Assembly: GCF_006345805.1 (NCBI RefSeq) | Contig: NC_043007.1 | Coordinates: 39,742,001 to 39,806,000, forward strand | DNA length: 64,000 bases | Source of the DNA: Octopus sinensis | Taxonomy: Eukaryota | Direction of reading: 5' to 3' | Shown here: positions 25,660-39,480 of the stretch, in pieces | Layout of the letters: each line of letters starts with the position of its first letter | Position numbering within the stretch: the stretch's first letter is position 1 | The notes under the pieces: generated by a model | Seen by the model: only the letters and a program-made list of their open reading frames with translations | Told to the model about the DNA's origin: nothing | Database searches by the model: none | Position numbers and translations under genes: made by a program

Positions 25660-26855
25660 AGCAATTTCAGGGGAGAGGTACGTCGATTACATCGACCCCA
25701 GTGCTCGATTGGTACTTATTTTATCGATGCCGAAAAGATGATTGGTGAAGTAGGCCTCGGCGGAATTCGACCTCAGAATGTAGCGACTGACAAAATGTCA
25801 CCATTTTTTTCCCGGCACGCTAACGATTCTGCTAACTCGCCACTTTCGTTTGTAGAATATATTTATCTCTTTAAGGCGGAGCGCTGGCAGGAATGTTAGC
25901 ACGCCGGGCGAAGTGCTTAATAGTATTTCGTCTGTATTTACACTCTTAGTTCAAATTCCGCCGAGGTCGACTTTGCATTTTATCCTTTCGGAGTCGATAA
26001 ATAAAGTACCACTTGCATACTGGAGTCGATCTAATCGACTGCCCCCTCCCACCAATAAAAATTTTCGGGCCTTGTGCCTAGAGTAGAAAAGAATATATGT
26101 ATTTCTTTATTGTCCACAGGGGACAAACAAGGACAGACAAAAGGTTTAAGTCGACTACATCGACGCCAGTGGTACTTAATTTATCGACCCCGAAAGGATG
26201 AAAGGCAAAGTCGACCTCAGCGGAATTTGAAATCTGAATGTAACGGCAGATGAAATACCAATTTCTTTTCTGCCCACAAGGGGCTACACACAGAGAGGAC
26301 AAGCAAGGACAGACAAACGGATTAAGTCGATTATATCGACCCCAGTGCGTAACTGGTACTTATTTAATCGACCCCGAAAGGATGAAAGGCAAAGTTGACG
26401 TCGGCGGAATTTGAACGATCGTGAAACCGCAAAAGGTGCAGCACCGTCGGCCGAGCGCCCTGTTAGCGGCAGACGAAATACTTATTTCTTTACTACCCAC
26501 AAGGGGCTAAACACAGAGAGGACAAACATGGACAGACAAACGGATGAAGCCGATTATATAGCGACCCCAGTGTGTAACTGGTACTTATTTTATCGACCCC
26601 GAAAGGATGAAAGGCAAAATCAACCTTTGTCTGTCCTTGTTTGTCCCCTCTATGTTTAGCCCCTTTGTGGGCAATAAAGAAATATGTATTTCGTCTGTCT
26701 TTACGTTCTGAGTTCAAATTTCGCTAAGGTCAACTTTGCTTGTCAACCTTTCGGGGTCAATAAATTAAGTACCAGTTCCGTACTGGGATCGATCTAATCG
26801 ACTGGCCCCCTCCCCACAAATTTCGGGCCTTGTGCCTAGAGTAGAAGAGATTATT
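25660..26855. mobile_element. Cluster of six or more SINE-B copies in mixed orientation
   Basis: Minus 25660-25850, plus 25870-26095, minus 26100-26415 (two units), minus 26482-26622, plus 26623-26855. Confidence 0.85.
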
Positions 26856-27020
26856 TTTCATATTTTGAATTACATATGTATCGCGGCACCAAAACCTTTT
26901 AAATGTTTAGGGTATCAGTGAATCTAAATCTGACCCTGATTTGACCACATTAAACTTCCAACCCACGCTGTTTTAATTCGTCTTCTTCGTAGACCTCAGT
27001 GACAGTGTAACTGTACGATA

Positions 27021-27235
27021 CTCTTTACTCTTTTTACTCTTTTACTTGTTTCAGTGGCCATGCTGGAGCACCACCTTTAGTCGAGCAAATCGACCCCAGG
27101 ACTTATTCTATGTAAGCCTAGTACTTATTCCATCGTTCTCTTTTGCCGAACTGCTAAGTTACAGGGCGTAAACACACCAGCATCGGTTGTCAAGCGATGT
27201 TGGGGAGACAAACACAGACACACAAACATATACAC

Positions 27236-27290
<55 letters not shown>

Positions 27291-27463
27291 AACATATATA
27301 TACGACAGACTTCTTTTAGTTTCCGTGTAACAAATCCACTCGAAAAGCTTTGGTCGGCCCGAGGCTATAGTGGAAGACACTTGCCGAAGGTGCCGCGCAG
27401 TGGGACTGAACCCGGAACCATATGGTTGGTAAGCAAGCTACTTACTACACAGCCACTCCTACG
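27021..27463 (-). mobile_element. SINE-A
   Basis: Near full length; internal (TACA)n(TA)n. Confidence 0.9.
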
Positions 27464-27839
27464 ATGATTTTTTTTCTTTCTTTCTGTTCATATACTCGTA
27501 TTTGTACTCTTGGCCCATTTTTATGCGTTTTGTGCCCTCTGATAAGGCTGATTTGGTCACAGTATCTAACATAACAGACACAGCTAGCCCTCTGAAACTC
27601 AGCTATGGTTACGGTAGAAATTAACCCTACATGGCTGCACGGCTTCGAGGTTGTATTGAATAACTGTACTTACTCTACTGTACTGTACTGTCTCTTGTGA
27701 CTGACTGTACGACCTTTTACTTTGTCAATCTTTCACGCTTAATCACCATGACCACAACGACGACGATTATGATGGTGGTTGTAGTGGTAGTGATGATGAT
27801 GATGATGATGATGATGATGACGACGACGACGACGACGAC

Positions 27840-27873
<34 letters not shown>

Positions 27874-28214
27874 GCGATTACGACGACGACGACGATGATG
27901 GTGATGATGATGATGGTGATGGTGACAACGACGATGACGATGACGATGTTGACGATGATGATGATGATAACTATGACGACGATGATGACGGTGGTAGTGG
28001 TGGTGGTGGTGGTGGTGGTGATGATGATGGCGTTGGTGGTGAAGGTGGTTGTTATGAACTTGCTGACGATGACGGTAATGACGAGAGAGAGAGACGACGA
28101 TACAGTTGATTGATGTTCATTAACACCACCAACACCACCACCACCACCACCACCCTTATCCTCATCCTTAGCTACACATACTGTACATACAGCAACGCCC
28201 CCCTCTCTCTCTCT

Positions 28215-28269
<55 letters not shown>

Positions 28270-28651
28270 TGAAAGCTATCACAAAAGTCAATAACAGTCA
28301 ATTTACTCTCAACGTCAGCATCTTCATCTCTTTCTTTCCTTCTTTCTTTCCTTTTCCTTTCTTTCCTTCTTTCCTTCTTTCTTTATTCCTTTTTTCTCTC
28401 TCTCTCTCTCTCTCTCGCACGCACACACACTTCTTTCTCTCGATTCCAACTTGCCTTTATTTCTTACATTCCTCTTCCACACCTCTTCCCCCCTCTGTCA
28501 TTCTCCCCCTCTCTCTCTCCCTCTGTATTATATATATACATTTATGTGTGTGTGTTTGTATATATAATATATTTATGCGTATATATTAATATATACACAC
28601 ATATATATCCATATATACTACATATATATACATATATATGTATATATATAC

Positions 28652-28688
<37 letters not shown>

Positions 28689-28896
28689 ACATATATACAC
28701 ACCTATATAGTTATATACACATGCATATATATATACATACATACATATATAATCATTTATAAAGGTTTTATCATATATGGGGGTATATTAAACATTAATT
28801 ACATTACTTGCAATTCAACGTAAAACGCAGTCAAATGTATGTCTATACGTATACGCAAGTCACAGAAACGTATATACATACATACATACATACATA

Positions 28897-28939
<43 letters not shown>

Positions 28940-28971
28940 TATATATATATATATATATATAATATATATAT

Positions 28972-29027
<56 letters not shown>

Positions 29028-29146
29028 GATATAGATATATAGATAGATATACACATATGTATACACACATTGTATATATATAATATAGATATATATATTA
29101 GGCTGCAAAGTAACACACGAGTTGATATGCGTAAGGAAAATATTTT

Positions 29147-29196
<50 letters not shown>

Positions 29197-29207
29197 ATGG
29201 TATGTAA

Positions 29208-29238
<31 letters not shown>

Positions 29239-29425
29239 TGTATGTATGTATGTATGTGTATGCATCTGTATCACTCCGTCTCTTACTTAACCTTCTCCTC
29301 TCACTCTATCCCGTTTTACGTCAAATTGATTCAAACTCACATATTTACAATATGCTCACCGAAGCGAAACATAAGCATTTTCACATCAGTTTGTCGTCTT
29401 AAAGCAGATAAACTACTAAAAACTA

Positions 29426-29474
<49 letters not shown>

Positions 29475-29541
29475 GTGCTGTTGATGAGTTTTTTAGTAGT
29501 AATTGTTTCTTAATCACAGCGACGACAACAACAACAACAAC

Positions 29542-29581
<40 letters not shown>

Positions 29582-30046
29582 TTCACTATTGCACACCGGA
29601 TTAACACAATTTTCACAAATGGATTAAACAGAAACGAAGTAGGCTCAAACTGTTTCTATCTACCTTACCCTTAATTCGCCAATCACCCGCGGCAAATCGA
29701 ACGCGGTCGCTTTGCTTGCTGGAAAGAGCGGTCAATTTTCACTAAAATTCATTAGGTAACTCTGAAATACTCTCATTAGAGCGTTGGATAGAATCTACTC
29801 TTTGTCTCTCACACTCTCTATTTGTTTTTTGTTTGTTTTTTTTTTTGCTTTGCGTTCAAATCTCGTTGAAGTTAGTTTTGCTTTTACCCTTTCGGTGGTA
29901 GATAGAAAGGAAAAAAAAAACATGCTTCAATCCAAGTAGGAGACCGGCTGTCGAGGTGCCTCCGAAATTTGCTCAGTTCTTTGCGTTCTGAGTCCAAATC
30001 TCGCAGAATTCAAATTTGTCTTTCATCCTTCCAAGTACCGAGCAAG

Positions 30047-30337
30047 CAAAATGATTTGGTCGAACTATTGGTGGGGTGCGGGCAGCGAAATTTTTCTTCC
30101 TACGAGAGTTCCGGACCCCAGTTATGAACTCATTTGCATACAGCAAAATGATTTGGTCGAACTATTGGTGGGGTGCGGGCAGCGAAATGTTTCTTCCTAC
30201 GAGAGTTCCGGACCCCAGTTATGAACTCATTTGCATACAGCAAAATGATTTGGTCGAACTATTGGTGGGGTGCGGGCAGCGAAATTTTTCTTCCTACGAG
30301 AGTTCCGGACCCCAGTTATGAACTCATTTGCATACAG
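30047..30337. repeat. Three tandem copies of a 97-bp unit
   Basis: Units start at 30047, 30144 and 30241; only one substitution seen (middle copy). Confidence 0.95.
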
Positions 30338-30822
30338 CCAATCAGAGCTCAAATATCAAACTGATTTATGAGCACATAACAAGTGGTGGGTGAGAAGATA
30401 AGGTCACTTAGGTAAGAAATGACCATGATTCTTTTCTCTTTTAATAATGTTTGTTGTTCTTCTTGTATCAAACATGGTTACCTCTGCGTAGTTATTTGAG
30501 ATGTTGCTTACTTTGTAAAAAACGTAAGGGAAGAGGGTTGCTAGCACATCACCCTCTACCCACATTTTTCCCATCCACATCATCACCGTCTGGAGCCCTT
30601 GCAAAATCCGATAATAGGTATAGATGCAAATCTCATTACATGTTCCCTTCTAAAATCAGGCATAACTTTGCGATTGGTCGACTTACAATACCTTTCTTCA
30701 TCTTGAGATTACTTGGGAGAGCGTGTTTGTTAACTTGACAACAAGGTCAAGGTGAACTTTGATTGGCGGTAAGCAAATGAGTTCATTACTGGGATCCGGA
30801 ACTCTCATGCGAAAAATTTCGC
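30279..30822. mobile_element. Unclassified element with ~70-bp inverted repeats
   Basis: 30279-30351 versus the reverse complement of 30753-30822: gcgaaatttttc..gagagttccgga(c/t)cccagt(t/a)atgaactcatttgc(a/t)tac(a/c)gccaatca(g/a)ag(c/t)tca. Confidence 0.75.
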
Positions 30823-30884
30823 GGAACATGTTTCGTATCTTTGTTCTCTTATGAGGGTGTGCCATAAAGATCCTGTCTTCGAAT

Positions 30885-31050
30885 AAAGAAAATACTGGAG
30901 GATCAGTTAATTATGATTCTAACTAACATATTCCTCTCTCAGAGTCACACACATATTGTAGCAGTTCTTCAGTTTCTTTTTGAGCTATGTAAAAGAACTC
31001 TAGGCCTTTCGTGACACCCTTAAAGCCAGGAAATTTTCAACACTCTCTTA
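30885..31050 (-). mobile_element. Mariner MITE fragment (same family as 1309-1906)
   Basis: ggaggatcagttaattatgatt...cacccttaaagccaggaaattttcaacac. Confidence 0.7.
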
Positions 31051-31085
31051 TATGTATATATATATATATATATATAGTATATATC

Positions 31086-31470
31086 TTACTCTCTTTTTTA
31101 CTTTTACTTGTTTCAGTCATGTGACTGCGGCCATGCTGGAGCAACCGCCTTTTAGTCGAGCAAATCGACCCCGGGACTTATTCTTGTATCCGTAACGTAC
31201 TTATTCTATCGGTCTCTTTTGCCGAACCGCTAAGTGACGGGGACGTAAACACACCAGCATCGGTTGTCACAGCGATTTGGGGGGGACAAAACAGACACAC
31301 AAACACACATATACATATATACGAGGGCTTCTTTCAGTTTCCGTCTACCAAATCCACTCACAAGCATTGGTCGGGCCCGGGGCTGTAGCAGAAGACACTT
31401 GCCCAAGATGCCACGCAGTGAGACTGAACCCAGAACCATGTGGTTGGTTAGCAAGCTACTTACCACACAG
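31086..31470 (-). mobile_element. SINE-A
   Basis: Near full length. Confidence 0.9.
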
Positions 31471-31538
31471 TCAATAAACAAGGACAAGCAAGAAAAACAA
31501 GAACGCGAGTGCTGTGTTATTAGACATATATATATATA

Positions 31539-31700
31539 CAGTGATACCTCGTTCCATGACCGAGCTCGTCTTACGATTTACTCGTTTTACAAATAAAATT
31601 TCCTTACTGAAATTAATTAAAACATAATTAATTCGTTCCAGCCCCCCACAAATCACTCAAAAATATTTTTTTATGGGTTTTAAAACAGAAAAGATGTAGT
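31539..31700 (+). mobile_element. Tigger/pogo-like MITE left end
   Basis: TA|CAGTGATACCTCG start. Partner end not found. Confidence 0.45.
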
Positions 31701-32235
31701 TGCAAGTAAAATGACAATTATAAAAAAGGGAATGCAAAAGGAATATGTAAAAACTGGTTTTATTAACTGGATTACCTTAAAGATTTGTGTGCTCGTACTG
31801 CGGATTTCCGCTGGGACTTGAAGACAAAAAATTCCCACGAGTCTCGGCTCGTATAGTAATGGGGCACTCGTACTGCGACGTTCTACCATACACACACATA
31901 GACACACACACACACACAAAACATATTACAAACATATATATATATATACATTATTATATATTATATATATATATAATACGTAATAATGAAGGTGAAATTA
32001 ATTAATTGGAAAAATATCAATTACACCAAGAGTCTTCGGCATGTAAAAGCCTCATTCGAGGAAAATTAAAGTAACTAAGCATAAGGGTTTAGCAACTAGT
32101 TGCCTTACACATACCGAATTTAGAAATAGCAGTCAAAGGGTTATAGCTATTTCTTCTACTAAAAAGGGAGATCTCAGTAAAAAAAAGCATTTGGAAGGCA
32201 CAAACAGGTAAGAGAGAATGAATTGACTGCAATCT

Positions 32236-32317
<82 letters not shown>

Positions 32318-32356
32318 TATATATATATGCACACACACACACACATATATGATATA

Positions 32357-32690
32357 CAAGTACATGCTGAAAAGTTCCTGGCTTTAGGCAAAAGAAAAAA
32401 TAGGAGGATCAGTTTATGATTTTATCCATCATATTTATCTCCCAGATTCACAGTTATGCGAGCGGTCCTTCAGTTTTTGTGAGCCCTGTAAAAAAAACTC
32501 AGGAAGTTAGACCTCCAACTAGGCCTTTCGCGATACCCCCTCATACAGACAAACCTGTGAAGACAATGATGCCAAGTTATATAAGTCTAAGCAAAACGGC
32601 TTTTCCCTTAAATAAATATCGTTGGTGTGAAGAAGGGAGACATGGTTGTATGGGCAACTGCTAGTCTTTCTCAAAATATATTGTACAGGT
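32357..32690 (-). mobile_element. Mariner fragment
   Basis: TA|caag..gctgaaaagttcctggcttt TIR, followed by ggaggatcag..atgattttat..cggtccttcagttttt as at 1309-1906. Confidence 0.7.
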
Positions 32691-32957
32691 TTACACATAC
32701 ACTGTGAGCCTTACCCGATGGGAGCCCTATATATAGGAAGGGTATATTAGATAACGTACTAAGAGAATGTTTTGATCAAATGCGAAATCAATAACTAATG
32801 GATCATCTATTGGTTTCGAGGTTGGGAATTGATCCTGCAACCCATCAATCGATTGATCTTTCCGGGGGTCAATGAAATAAGTACCAACTGAGCAGCATGG
32901 TCGATGTAGTCGACGAGCCCCTTCTCCAAAATATCAGTGTGTCTATAGTAGAAAGGA

Positions 32958-33012
<55 letters not shown>

Positions 33013-33016
<4 letters not shown>

Positions 33017-33357
33017 TAGTTTTATTTTTATAGCATGCCTTCACTTCAACACTGTGTGCCTTGGATATGTGCTGTGATTTGTTGTGATGCTCTGATGGTT
33101 ACTGTATTGAAAGTGTTTTGCGTAGGATGTGTGCAGTGCCCAGTAGTGCAATTTTCTGTATGTTATATATATTTGTAAGTCCTGGTGCTTTTGTTATGTA
33201 TTTGTCTGAATATATTTTTATCATACATAATGCGCCCACAATGATAGGAATTGTTTGTTTTTAGATTCCACATTCGAGTTACCTATTTTGAAAGTTTCTC
33301 CATTTCTTTTAGAGACACGTTGTCATCTGCTGGTATTGATACATCAATTAGAAAGCA
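33013..33357 (-). mobile_element. 5'-truncated R4/Dong copy between (TAT)n tracts
   Basis: Close match to 55441-55820, with internal deletions; (TAT)n on both sides. Confidence 0.85.
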
Positions 33358-33396
33358 TTATTATTATCATCAATATTATCATTATCACTATAATTA

Positions 33397-33442
<46 letters not shown>

Positions 33443-33454
33443 GTTATTACTCAG

Positions 33455-33825
33455 ATAACGAGCTGCCAAAATGGTTAGCACGCTGCGAAAAAATATATTG
33501 CGGTATTTCTCCCCGTCTCTATGTGCTGACTTTCAAATTCTGCTGAGGTCAACTTTGCCTTTGGGGTCGATGTAATTGACTAGCCCCCTTCCCGCCAAAT
33601 TTCAGGCCTTGTGCCCATAGTAGAAAGGATTATTATTATTATCCTTGTCTTGCATTTCGTCTGTTTTTACGATCTGCGTTCAAATTACACCAAGGTCGAC
33701 TTTGCCTTTTATCCCTTTGGGGTCGATGAAATAAGTACCAGTTTTGCACTGGGGTCAATGTAATCCACTAGCCCCACCCACACCAAAAATTTCGGGCCTT
33801 GTGCCTATAGTAGGCACAAGGATTA
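33455..33825 (+). mobile_element. Two tandem SINE-B copies (tail type ii)
   Basis: 33455-33635 and 33650-33825. Confidence 0.75.
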
Positions 33826-33947
33826 TTATTATTGTTATTGTTGTTAGTATTATCATTTTCGTTATCATATTTTTAATCTTCTTTTGCCTATGACAGCCTC
33901 CAAATCTCCGTTTAATTTACTTAGTGACAGAAACGAACTGAGAGGTC

Positions 33948-33952
<5 letters not shown>

Positions 33953-34031
<79 letters not shown>

Positions 34032-34058
34032 ATAGAGAAGAGAGAGAGAGAGAGAGAA
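33953..34058. repeat. (GA)n polypurine tract
   Basis: Seen directly. Confidence 0.95.
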
Positions 34059-34872
34059 TCTCTGTGTATCCCGTTTTGAGATACTTTAATATGTTTTTAA
34101 ACGATTACAAATTATTTGAGTCTTAACTTAAGGATCTACTTCTGATTGTGTGATGAAGATAAAGGAAGATAATTATTAAAGATAATCTTGCTAATGATGA
34201 ACATTAAATCAAGATAATAATGATGATGATGATGATGATGATGACGATGATGACGTTGATGATGATGATGATGATGATGACGGTGACGAGAAGGACAGAT
34301 AAATTGCTTACGACAATAATGATGGGATGATGAAAGTGATGTTAATGATGATATGAAAGCGCGAGATTAATTCCTCAGCTTTGCCACTCCAAAAATATTA
34401 CGTATTCCTTCTAAATCACACTAAATCACATTTTCTGTGCCTTTCTAATGCTCATTGTTGGTGTATAATAATCTGAAGTAAACGTATTACTGTAATGTTA
34501 TGTTTAAAGTATGTTTATTGGAGAGTTTTTTTTTTTATTTCTCTCTTCGTCTAATCTTAAGATTAATTATAAATGTAAATATAATTCATTAGTGGTGCTA
34601 AGTATCATGCACAGATGCACTTTTAGGCAAAACTATGCAACAGTCTTTATACACATGCATATAATGCTACCTATATATGTATGCGGATATATATATATAT
34701 ATTTTGTGAGATAAAGAAGTGGTTATTAACACAGTGAATCGATACATGTGGCACCTTGGGCAAGTGTCTTCTACTGTAGCCTCGTGCCGACTAAAGCCTT
34801 ATGAGTGGATTTGGTAGATTGAAACTAAAAGAAGCCCGTCGTGTGTATATATATATAAATAAAATATATATA

Positions 34873-34923
<51 letters not shown>

Positions 34924-35067
34924 ATATTGATAATACCGATTGGTATGTTTATTCATAATACCTTTCAATTTATTTCTCCTTTCGCATCGGTGTCACCTGA
35001 TAACTCCCAGCTGAAGTCCTACTTTTATTTTTGCGCAGTTTGACGAAATTATAAAATTATCCTCTGA

Positions 35068-35105
<38 letters not shown>

Positions 35106-35125
35106 GTATGTATATGTATATGTAT

Positions 35126-35408
35126 CAGATGTTGATACACATCGCTGGTCACAATGCGCTTCGCATCGTTTTAGCCTTCAAATGACGCCACCTCGCTGGC
35201 TAAGCGAGCAGACCAACAGAAGAAAGAGTGAGAGAGAGAGTTGTGGCAAAAGAGTACAGCAGGGATCGCCACCACCCCCTGCCGGAGCCTCGTGGGGCTT
35301 TAGGCGTTTTCGCTAAATAAACACTCACAACACCCGGTCGGGGAATCGAAACCGCGATCCAACGACCGCGTGTCCGCTGCCCTAACCACTGGGCCATTGC
35401 GCCTTCAC
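35126..35408 (-). mobile_element. SINE-C with an alternative tail
   Basis: Minus strand gtgaaggcgcaatggcccagtggttagggcagcggac...ctgctgtactcttttgccacaac...; tail differs from 25170 and from 40672. Confidence 0.85.
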
Positions 35409-35463
35409 ACACATACACACACACACACATATAAGTATATATATATATATGTATATATACATG

Positions 35464-35509
<46 letters not shown>

Positions 35510-35627
35510 TATATATATTACATATATATATATATAATACACATACACACATGTGTGTGTGTATATGCGTGCAGGTGTGTGTGTATATGTATATATATAT
35601 ATATATATATATCTAATCTATCTCGAA

Positions 35628-35688
<61 letters not shown>

Positions 35689-36789
35689 GTAAAATTTAAG
35701 TTAAGTACTGTGACAAAATCTTTCGAGAGAAAAGAGAGAATAACATAGCGAGGGAGAGAGAGAGTGAGAGGGTGAGGAAACATAGGAGAGAGGGGGAGGA
35801 GAGAGAGAGAGGAGAGAGAGAGGAGGAGAGAGTTGTGGGTTCTTGAGTCTTGTCTGTTCTGAATAAAAGACACGAAACGTTCATCAACATCTCTATTCGT
35901 CGATGGAGAACATTTTGGGGAAAATGGTGGTAAAAAGGAATCGGTAGGGCATGAGTAGAAGTGGTACGTTACCAGTGAGCTCTTCTTGTAATAATAGCAT
36001 TGATTTCTTATCGATCTGTTACTATTGATTCAGCAAATCATCGCTGGATGCTGAAACTTCAGTATTTTGTGAGATAAAGAAGTGGTTATTAACACAGTGA
36101 ATCGATAACGCAAACGTACGGGACAAAATGACATCCTCTCCTTGCGAGTGCTCTTTTGGCTTTTTTGATGTATTTATTTCTATATTGTTGTTATTGTAGT
36201 TATTTAACGAGAGATGTTGCTGAAAGAATGCGAGCTGGTGTTGGTGGTGGAGTTGGCGTTGGTGGTGCGGTTGCAGTTCTCGAGCCCAGGTATGAATCAG
36301 CGTGATATTTATTACTTCTGGCCTGTCCTGTCCGTTAATTAAGGTTGGTCGCCCAAAAGTGATTTTCTTCTCCCCACTTGGACACTAAACAAAAGATCCT
36401 TCGCCGTTGTCTTTTCACACAATTAATCTTTGATTTGATGAAGAGTTTTATATTTGACATGGAACTGTCATATTTTAATCAGGGTTGACGTGCGACTATG
36501 CAATAGTTACTATAGCCATTTGAACAACGGGGACGCTTCTATGTAGTCGTTCGATGTGCGAGAAAGAGTCGGGGGATCTTCCTTAAATCCCAACAGGCAA
36601 TTAAAAAAAAAAGATAAATTGATTAACGAATTTCTAGAAACATTTAATTCGAGAGGACCCCCCACCCCCACCAAACTCCCCGGAAAACTGAAAACGGAAG
36701 AGCTGGTTATCCCTTTGATCATTGACTTGCTGTTTCAGTAAACAGGTCTGATCTAAGACTAAACAATTACAGTTGTATTAATAAATCCG

Positions 36790-37645
36790 CCAAGGCGGCG
36801 AGTTGGCAGAATCGTTAACACGCCGGGCGAAATGCTTAGCAGAATTTCGTCTGTTCAAATTCCGCTCAGGTGGATTTTGCCTTTCATCCCTTTCGGGGTC
36901 GATAAATTAAGTACCAGTTACGCACTGGGGTTGATGTAAATCGACTTAATCCTTTTGTCTGTCTTTGTTTGTCCCATCTATGTTTAGCTCCTTGTGGGCA
37001 ATAAAGAAATAAGAATCGTTAACACGCCGGGCGAAATACTTAGCGGTATTTCGTCTGCCGTTACGTTCTGAGTTCAAATTCCGCCGAGGTCGACTTTGCC
37101 TTTCATCATTTTGGGGTCGATAAATTAAGTACCAGTTACGCACTGGGGTCGATATAATCGACTTAATCCGTTTGTCTGTCCTTGTTTGTCCTCTCTGTAT
37201 TTAGCCCCTTGTGAGTAGTAAAGAAATGGGTAGTAAAGAAATAGGTATTTCATCTGCCGCTAGGTTCTGGGTTCAAATTCTGTTGAGGTAGACTTTACCT
37301 CTCATCCTTTCAGGGTCGATAAATTAACTACCAATCAAGTACTGGGGTCGATGTAATCAACTATCACGCTTCCCACAAATTCCAGACCTTGTGCCTATCG
37401 TTGAAAGGATTATTCAAGCCCACCAAGGCTGCAAGCTGGCAGAGTTGTCTGTACACGCGACAAAACAATTAGCGGCATTTCGTCCGTTTTCATGTTCTGG
37501 GCTCAAATACAGCCGAGGTTGACTTTGCCTTTCATGCTCTAGGGATCGACAGAATAAGTACCAGTGGATTACTGGGGTCGATGTAATCGACTTAGCTCCT
37601 CCCTCAATATTGCTGGCCTTGCACCAAAATATGAAACCAATATAT
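36790..37645 (+). mobile_element. Head-to-tail array of four SINE-B units
   Basis: Units at about 36790, 37010, 37244 and 37420. Confidence 0.85.
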
Positions 37646-37889
37646 TTATATTTCGTATTTGCTGTTTGTTAATTTGTTTTGATGAGTGTTTCTATGTTAA
37701 GTGAGTAGTTAAGAAGACTGGTATTGCTCTAGGTAAATAGCCGTGTCAAAGAAATCCTGTATAAAGTGTATCACGTAATTGGTTTGCTCCTTTCTTTCTG
37801 TCTTTCTTTCTCTCCTTCTCTCTCTCTCCTCTCTCTTGATCCATTCATTGAGATGATCCGCTCAATACTAATGTGTTCACTGAACCATG

Positions 37890-37989
37890 NNNNNNNNNNN
37901 NNNNNNNNNNNNNNNNNNNNNNNNNNNNNNNNNNNNNNNNNNNNNNNNNNNNNNNNNNNNNNNNNNNNNNNNNNNNNNNNNNNNNNNNN
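37890..37989. other. Assembly gap (100 N)
   Basis: Run of N. Confidence 1.
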
Positions 37990-37990
37990 C

Positions 37991-38032
<42 letters not shown>

Positions 38033-38154
38033 TATATATGTTGTGTGTGTGTGTGTGTGTTGTTTTTTTATGCGTGATTACGTGCGGCGTGGCTGTGTGA
38101 TAAAAAGCTTACTTCCCAATCGTATGGTTCTAGGTTCCATCACAATATATTCTC

Positions 38155-38556
38155 CTTTCTCTTTTACTTGTTTCAGTCATTTGACTGCGGCCATGCTGGA
38201 GCACCGCCTTTAGTCGAGCAAATCGACCCCGGGACTTATTCTTTGTAAGCCCAGTACTTATTCTATCGGTCTCTTTTGCCGAACTGCTAAGTGACGGGAA
38301 CGTAAACACACCAGCATCGGTTGTTAGGCAATGCTAGGGGGACAAACACAGACACACAAACACAAACACACACACATACACATATATATATACATATATA
38401 CGACAGGCTTCTTTCAGTTTCCGTCTACCAAATCCACTCACAAGGCATTGGTCGGCCCGGGGCTATAGCAGAAGACACTTGCCCCAGATGCCACGCAGTG
38501 GGACTGAACCCGGAACCATGTGGTTGGTTAGCAAGCTACTTACCACACAGCCACTC
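38155..38556 (-). mobile_element. SINE-A, apparently inside an older opposite-strand SINE-A head
   Basis: Full copy. Plus-strand head fragment at ~38085-38140, with a degenerate continuation after 38556. Confidence 0.85.
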
Positions 38557-39017
38557 GGTATCTTAGTGTCACTATTATTATCCCGGTTTAGCCATATATA
38601 TATACACATGCATACATACATAGACATACATTATATATATGTGTGTGTATATATATATATACATATGTGTATGTGTGTGTGTGTGTTTGAAACAGCTGTA
38701 GAAACAAGACCTGCTTACATCATGTGATATGTATATGTACTTATTATATACCTACATTCCTTACACCTTTAATTGTCATTCTTTGATATACGCTTGAGTT
38801 CGGTCGTTGTGCTTCTAGTGGAGATGTTTAGTTTTGGACTACCTCCTGCATGACGACTATTTCTCACCTGTACTAGCACTTCTTACAAATATATACATGT
38901 ATATACATATGTTTGTGTGGAAATATATATTAATATGTAGATATATATATATAGTGATAGATTGATAGAAAGATAGATAGATAGACAGATGATAATTAGA
39001 TAGTTACATCCATCCAT

Positions 39018-39072
<55 letters not shown>

Positions 39073-39164
39073 GATATAGATATATACATACAAACATACA
39101 CGTATATTAATACGTACATATATACTTATGTGAAAGCATGTATGTATGCATATATATGTGTGGG

Positions 39165-39196
<32 letters not shown>

Positions 39197-39480
39197 ATAT
39201 ACATACAGCGTGACAGACATAGTGTCTTTATATACCGGAAATTATGCCAGCATTGTGAAATGTAAACACAAAGGTTTGGTATAGAAATACGGCAGAAAAG
39301 CTTCGAGTATGGCAAAGTGACCTTACTGTAAGAACCCTTTCAGAGAGAGGGAGCGTGGGGGAGGGAGAGATAAAATGAGATAGATAGTGAGGGAGAGATA
39401 TAGACTGACAGAGACATGCAAAAGAGATATTGAGAGAATGAGAAAGCGGAAGATCAATGTAAATTGATCGGATGTTGTTG

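Noticed and set aside
30047-30337. Regularly spaced repeats superficially like a CRISPR array
   Set aside because: Whole 97-bp units are duplicated with no unique spacers; eukaryotic context; no cas genes.
36556-36741. 61-aa non-repetitive ORF as a host exon
   Set aside because: No recognisable homology or convincing splice sites.
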